Source: Octopus sinensis (lineage: Eukaryota). Taken from it: a stretch of DNA of 13,805 nt. The stretch's first letter is position 1. Every line of letters starts with the position of its first letter. The position numbers were made by a program, and so were the translations under genes. Shown piece after piece: positions 8,876-13,805 of the stretch. The DNA lies in the NCBI RefSeq assembly GCF_006345805.1, contig NW_021826046.1:1-13805 (forward strand), written 5' to 3'. A model generated the notes under the pieces. The model was given only the letters and a program-made list of their open reading frames with translations, ran no database searches and was not told the origin of the DNA.

Positions 8876-10505
8876 AGTGAATCCTCGCCAAATTGGCCAC
8901 CTCGCAAATTGGCCAATTTTAAATTGGCACCATTTTTTTTTTCACAATTTACTAAGAAAAATTAATTTTTTCTTAGTAATTGGCCAATTCTCAAATTGGC
9001 ACAATTTTTGAATTATTATATTTTTTTTAATTAGAAAATAAACTATTTTTTTAATCACACATGTCTTATAAATTTCTGCCACGTGGATACGTTATACTCG
9101 GCTCACTTTTCTTGAAAAAACACAAATTATAAACTACAAGAAGAAAATGACAGTGTTTCGTGTCAGCTTCTGGCTGACGATTCTCACATTTATTCCACAA
9201 GACGATCTCGAGAAAGACGATCAATAATCTACTGCTTAATAAAGACTCTATTTACGGGATTCGAAAATCTATCAAAATTCGTATAAAGCTGCTCACAACC
9301 AAAATTTCCTACGCTTGAAGAAAAATTGATCGAATGGATGGATACAATAGAGTCTAAAGGTATTAATTGAAAACCAATTTTAGGTGGTTTTTGAATGATC
9401 CTTAATATCGTGTAAGGCTGCGCATTTTGCCGAAGAGCTACAACTTAGTAACTTTAAAAATTCTAATGGATTTCGCAAAATTCAAAAAGAGACACGGTTT
9501 TAGAATGCTAAAATTACATGGAGAGATGCGAACAGATAAAGTAGTTGACATTAATAAAATTTAAAGACCGTGTGTCTATTATGCTTTGTTCAAACATGAC
9601 CGGAAGTCATAAATTGAAACCTGTGATGATTGGAAAACCAAAATGCCTAGATGTTTTAAAAATTTGACTATGGTGTCTTGTCTCATATTATAGCTCACAG
9701 AAAGCTTGGATGACTGGATCTATTTTTATTGATTGGATTATAGCTTTGATCTCCAGCTTAAAATTAAAAAGAAGAAAATTTTAGGCTAATAGACCACTGT
9801 CCTGCACATTCTATTCCTCAAAACTTGGATTGATTAAGATTTTATTTTTTCCTAAAAATTCTACTGGGATTACTACAACCAATGGATATTGGAATTATAA
9901 AAAACCTTCAAGATCATTTCATGAGAGAAAGCTACAGTACTTAACTGATTTGCTGGAGACTGAAGTTAATATGGCTTGGATGACTGTATCTACTGAAACT
10001 ATTCAAAATGTTTTAAGATTTTAAATGAATCTAATCACGAAAATACATTAATTGAACATTATGAGACTGAATGAAATTGAAAGAACTGACATTTTCGATC
10101 CTCTAATGAGCGAAGATTTTCTAAATATCGAAAACAACAGAAGATCAAGATATAAACGAAAATTGTTTACAAGAGGATCAAGAGTCTGAAATTAGCGACG
10201 AAGAGACAAAAATCATATATCCACTCGATAGAAAAGATATGCAAAGACATTAACTAGAATAGGAAAGGCAACTTTACTGTAATGCAGAAAATGAGATGAT
10301 GTTTCGCATGATTCTGCAATAAGAAAATACAAAGAAAATGTAAAAAGAGCAAATAAAAAGGAATTAGGGATTGAATTTTATTTATGTAATAAAATTAAAC
10401 GTGTTTATTTTATTTTTTAATATTGATTTTTCAAATTGGCCATTTTCTCAAATTGGCCATAAAATCTCTATGTACCAAAAATGGCCAATTTGCGAGGATT
10501 CACTG
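8876..10505 (+). mobile_element. pogo/Tigger-family DNA transposon, both TIRs present, decayed transposase, inserted in a micro-intron
   Basis: TA at 8874-8875 and 10506-10507; TIR (C)AGTGAATCCTCGCAAATTGGCC at both ends; many AAATTGGCCA subterminal repeats. Plus-strand motifs KFPTLEEKLIEWM, KFKKRHG, KDRVSIMLCSNMTGSHKLKPVMIGK, KAWMT, LIDHCPAH and PKNSTG..QPMDIGII (CENP-B HTH plus DDE_1). Confidence 0.93.
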
Positions 10506-10564
10506 TATAAAAATAGTTGGGGTCGTGCGTGGGGGGATGATGGATACGTCAGAATCGTAGGAAC

Positions 10565-10985
10565 AAAATTGGCCATTTAAAAACCACTTTAAGACGGGTA
10601 AACATTGAAAAAAAAAATATTTTCGGATAAATGTTTGAATATGTCAAACGAGGAACTCGACACAGTAATTTTTTCCGATGAGTGCAAATTTAACTATATC
10701 AGAGAGTCGGACATCGATGTTTCGATATTATTCAAGAGAACGTATATAATTCAGATAACATTCTCCCTACTGTCAAACACGGTGGTGGAACATAATGTTT
10801 ATGGGGCTGTATTTCGTCTAGAGGCGTTGGCAAAATGTTTCATCGATGATATAAAATGAATGCTGCATATTATAAGCAACTTTTGGCCAAAATCTATTTC
10901 AAACAGCTTCGGAAATAGTAAACTAAACACTTTCATCTTATGCATGATAACGATCCCAGAATGCAAATGGAAGACATATTAATTA
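10565..10985 (+). mobile_element. Tc1-family transposase fragment (catalytic DDE region)
   Basis: Across frameshifts: KKPLLRRVNIEK...VIFSDECKFN...TVKHGGG..M.WGCISSRGVGK...MNAAYYKQLL...MHDNDP. No TIRs seen. Confidence 0.88.
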
Positions 10986-11084
10986 TTAACTTTTTTATGG
11001 AAACTGTTTTTGGAATCATCGTTATCGTCAACAAATAAAAAAATAATAGTCGATTTTTAATAGTTTTTTTTCAAAAAATAGATA

Positions 11085-11118
11085 CACTAACCCTCTCAAA
11101 TTGGCCATTTTTGGTTCC
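11085..11118 (+). mobile_element. Solo, diverged TIR of the 8876-10505 pogo family
   Basis: TA(11083-11084)CACTAACCCTCTCAAATTGGCCATTTTTGGT versus the reverse complement of the element's right end, TACAGTGAATCCTCGCAAATTGGCCATTTTTGGT. Confidence 0.75.
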
Positions 11119-11134
11119 TTTAATTTTTTGCCTG

Positions 11135-11848
11135 TCCAACTCGGGGGGTTGGCGTTCTAACGGCTGCGAAGCTGCTGTCCATTCAATTCGTGAATTAACT
11201 GAATCATTAGAGGAGTTATTATGGTTAATTGGACGTTTCCAAACGCATTCAATTCCATCAGACGGGACCACCTACTGGGATGTTGTCGTGAATTAGTCCC
11301 TTTCGCCTATCCCCTTGTGCATCTCTCATATGCTTGCTCAAGTATCCTCATGTTCAACGATATACCTATTTCTTCGTCTACTGGGGGTTCAGCAGGGTGA
11401 TCCCTGGGCCCTGTTCTTTTCGCCTTGGGGGTTAATATATTGCCCACTCTCCGTTCCCCAATTAACATTTGGTACCTTGATGATGCGACCATTTGTGGCT
11501 CTCCGTGTGTTGTTTTTGACGACCTCCGTTTCATTATTCCTACCATCTCGGCCATTGGCCTTTCTATAAACGACAACAAATCCGAAGTGGTGAACATCAA
11601 TCTTTACCCAAATTCATTCACTGTCGCAACTTCCACGTGGCAAAATATCCCTTCTGACGTCCAAGTCACCGACAAGTCGAATTTGACGATTCTCGGTGCT
11701 CTCATGGGTCCTTCTGCCCTTGAAGACACGTTGTCTTGTAAAATCTCTAATCTTTCCAAAATGATCGAGAAGCTCAAAGACATCGAGCCTCATGTAGCTT
11801 TTTTCCTACTGCGGAATTACTTTTCTAAGGTCCTTTACACTTATAGAA
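11135..11848 (+). mobile_element. CRE-like non-LTR retrotransposon reverse transcriptase fragment
   Basis: Across frameshifts: QLGVGV.NGCEAAVHSIR, DVSNAFNSIRRD, GVQQGDPLGP.LF, NIWYLDDATI (catalytic YLDD), IGLSINDNKSEV and AFFLLRNYFSKVLYTYR. Confidence 0.9.
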
Positions 11849-12245
11849 ATGAAACTGACTTCAAATAAAATAGCACAAATGATTTCATTAAAAATGCCGG
11901 TTTCAAGCAAAAACATATTGCATCTATTCTGCACGTTTGCCAATCAACAATTTCGAAACAAATAAAAAAAATGTCTTTAAGCAATACAAAGGTACCCAGA
12001 AAAGGCAGTGGTGGTCATAATATTTATTCTGAAGAAATTTCAAACATGATTTGTTATGAAATTGAACAAAACTCCAAATTGTCAATTAGGAAAATTTCTA
12101 TTAAATTGAAAAATGAAAGAAACTTATCAATTAGTCATATGACAATTAAAAGAATGTTGAACAAAAAAAAAATATATGCCCACAAACCAATAAAAAACCA
12201 TTGCTAACACCACGAATAATTAAATTACGTTATGAAGCAGCATAT
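11849..12245 (+). mobile_element. Tc1-family transposase fragment (N-terminal paired HTH region)
   Basis: ATG at 11849: MKLTSNKIAQMISLKNAGFKQKHIASILHVCQSTISKQIKK...RKGSGG...KLSIRKIS...ISHMTIKRMLNKKKIYAHKPIKKPLLTPR. Both frameshifts needed fall in A-runs. Confidence 0.85.
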
Positions 12246-12691
12246 CAGATTAAGCCACGTTTGGGGAAATGGAAAATAATTAATATGAATCAAGTAAAAA
12301 AAGGCCTCCATTTGAATAACGGTTTGTTTCCCGCGCTTTTTTATTCCAGATTAACGCGTAGAGTCCAGTTTAAAACTACTTCTCAAGTGAGTGTTGGAAC
12401 ATTGGGTGTTCCACTTGCAACACCGACTCTTCATGACGAGTGTCACTGACTGAGAGTTTGTAAAATAAAGTCAGACCAAAACAGACAATTATGATGGATT
12501 TATAAAATCGTCGATTAAATTAATGAAGAATAAAATGAAAAAAAGATTAAATTCTTGTCAAAATAACACGATTTGAATTACAGAATATGAAATATAGAAA
12601 TTTTGTAATCAACAATATATTTAATCAATTTTCATGCAATAAGTAAACATTTATATAAGAAAATAAAATAAATAAACTGTCAACAAAAAAA

Positions 12692-12717
12692 ATAACCACG
12701 TGTGGTGACGTGGTTAT
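12692..12717. other. Perfect 10-bp inverted repeat with 6-nt loop, overlapping a CACGTG E-box
   Basis: ATAACCACGT-GTGGTG-ACGTGGTTAT read directly; function unknown. Confidence 0.6.
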
Positions 12718-12816
12718 CCTATTACATTTGGTTTTCCAGATAAAATTAACTAATTAATAATTTATTTAACCAATAAATTGAAAAACAAAAAATCAAATTA
12801 ACTAATTATTACGATG

Positions 12817-12918
12817 TTAATCCTCTCGCCATCCACTGGATATTAATCTCCTAACCAATCCCAGTCCTTTATCATAGGTCTCTAAATCAATTACGGCTCT
12901 TTTTTCTCCATTTTCCAT
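12817..12918 (-). CDS. 33-aa small ORF divergent from PPAN (possibly a first exon or gene fragment)
   Basis: MENGEKRAVIDLETYDKGLGLVRRLISSGWRED*; a GC-richer island in AT-rich DNA whose ATG lies about 100 bp from the PPAN ATG. No family recognised. Confidence 0.3.
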   Translation of the reverse strand: MENGEKRAVIDLETYDKGLGLVRRLISSGWRED

Positions 12919-13017
12919 TGAAATATTTAATTTTAATATTAATAATAAATTATTTATTTTATTTGAAATCATAAACGTGATTTTGTGTTCTCGTGGTGCA
13001 TTTTTATTGTTTTTAAA

Positions 13018-13805
13018 ATGGCGAAAAAACGACGTGTATTCAAATAAAATTTATTTTATAGGGAAAACTAACTCGTAAGAATCGTGCCAAGGCTAAAACA
13101 GAGGCTGAAGCCAACTCTGTTTCTCTTCCTCACACTTTAGTAGTCTATCAAGGAAGAAGGACTTGTTTACTCTCAAAGTTAGTAAAAAGTCTCAGAAATG
13201 TACTCCGACCCAACACATCTCACCGTCTCCGCACAAATCTCTCAGAATCTATCAAAAATTTCATCGAAGACTCAAAAAACATGAAAATATCGCACATAAT
13301 CGACATTAATCGTCGAAATAAACTTCAAAAATTAAAATTAAGTATTTTTAAGCTCCCACATGGTTGTTTTTCTTTTGATAAAAACTTGAAAGGGCCGACT
13401 GTGTCCTTTGATGTCGAAAGATTTGCCCTTCTGGAAAAACCCGGCCAAAGTCAGTCCGATTTGATCAAATCTCCACTTTTAATAATGAAAAACATGAATA
13501 AAGTTGGTGATCGACCCGGAATATTAATTTCCCGCCTTTTTGAGGGTTATTTCCGGCCAAAGAATTGGATTGTCTAAATTTACGACGTTGTGTTATTCTG
13601 TACTACAATAATGATATTTTTGAGCTCAGACATTAGTATTTTGGCGGGTTTTTAAAATTTGTAGTTCGATTCGGACGAAGGAGGTGATTGGGGGTGTCGG
13701 AAAGGTCCTCGGGGACACGATCGAGGCGATTTCTGGCGGGAAGTGTCCTCCAGATTTGTCAACCCTGACAGAAATATCTGATTTGGCGGACGAGGATCCA
13801 AAAGT
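13018..13805 (+). CDS. PPAN: Peter Pan / Ssf1 Brix-domain ribosome biogenesis protein, 3' end beyond the window; introns 13036-13061, 13363-13392 and 13636-13664
   Basis: Spliced: MAKKRR|GKLTRKNRAKAKTEAEANSVSLPHTLVVYQGRR...LRNVLRPNTSHRLR...ISHII...FKLPHG|PTVSFDVERFAL...SPLLIMKN...LFEGYF...LNLRRCVILYYN...FELRHY|SIRTK...PDLSTLTEISDL. These blocks match PPAN/Ssf1 motifs (PHSFV, EPLTASRL, LPGGPTLTF, PLLVLN, KRCLL, FRHYSI, PNMSRLQDISEL). One frameshift at about 13560, probably a missing A. Confidence 0.92.

Larger units (their letters stand above)
5990..10562 (+). pseudogene. Papain-family (C1A, cathepsin-like) cysteine protease, C-terminal part, split by insertions
   Basis: Joining about 5990-6101, 8830-8859 and 10517-10562 gives F.FYSG..ILDDHKCEYSHLACLVGYGVDNGKKYWLIK(N)SWGRAWGDDGYVRIV, with the catalytic His (CAT 6066-6068) and the KNSWG Asn motif. 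One extra A lies in the 8851-8856 run. No convincing catalytic-Cys region was found upstream. Confidence 0.85.

Noticed and set aside
10566-10577. AAATTGGCCATT as another pogo terminus
   Set aside because: It reads as KLAI(K)KPLL of the Tc1 transposase and lacks the rest of the TIR.
10565-12245. The two Tc1 fragments as halves of one element
   Set aside because: The C-terminal part lies upstream of the N-terminal part, and both contain their own, different KKPLL segment, so they are separate copies.
12290-12315. U5 snRNA loop-like GCCTTTTTTTAC on the minus strand
   Set aside because: The T-run is three bases too long, with no closing stem or Sm site.
12390-12445. Structured ncRNA (GTGTTG/CAACAC and GGAACA/TGTTCC stems)
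   Set aside because: Short bulged stems are expected by chance in a GC-richer patch, and no recognisable RNA family motif is present.
13546-13562. 17-nt GT-AG intron as the fix for the PPAN frameshift
   Set aside because: It restores frame but deletes the conserved Phe region and is much shorter than the other introns; a single missing A in CCAAAG is simpler.

Overview
AT-rich eukaryotic genomic DNA, heavily loaded with transposons, from an organism with tiny (about 25-30 nt) GT-AG introns. Frequent single-base indels in homopolymers suggest a raw or poorly polished long read, so most frameshifts cannot be read as real mutations. From left to right the window holds: about 31 copies of a 102-bp satellite; a CRE-type retrotransposon endonuclease fragment; a Helitron-like repeat plus (CAGA)n element; two small orphan paralogues; a dead copy of the PPAN 5' end; a papain-family protease gene fragment split by a 5'-truncated LINE (itself carrying a pogo/Tigger element and a Ginger-like element) and by a second pogo/Tigger element inside a 25-nt intron; Tc1 and CRE RT relics; and a PPAN/SSF1 Brix-domain gene with three micro-introns running off the right edge. 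I find no clearly new molecular system. The best leads are the micro-intron architecture, the nested insertions that can be reversed base by base, and the orphan paralogue pair. All alignments were done by eye from remembered family motifs; no searches were run.
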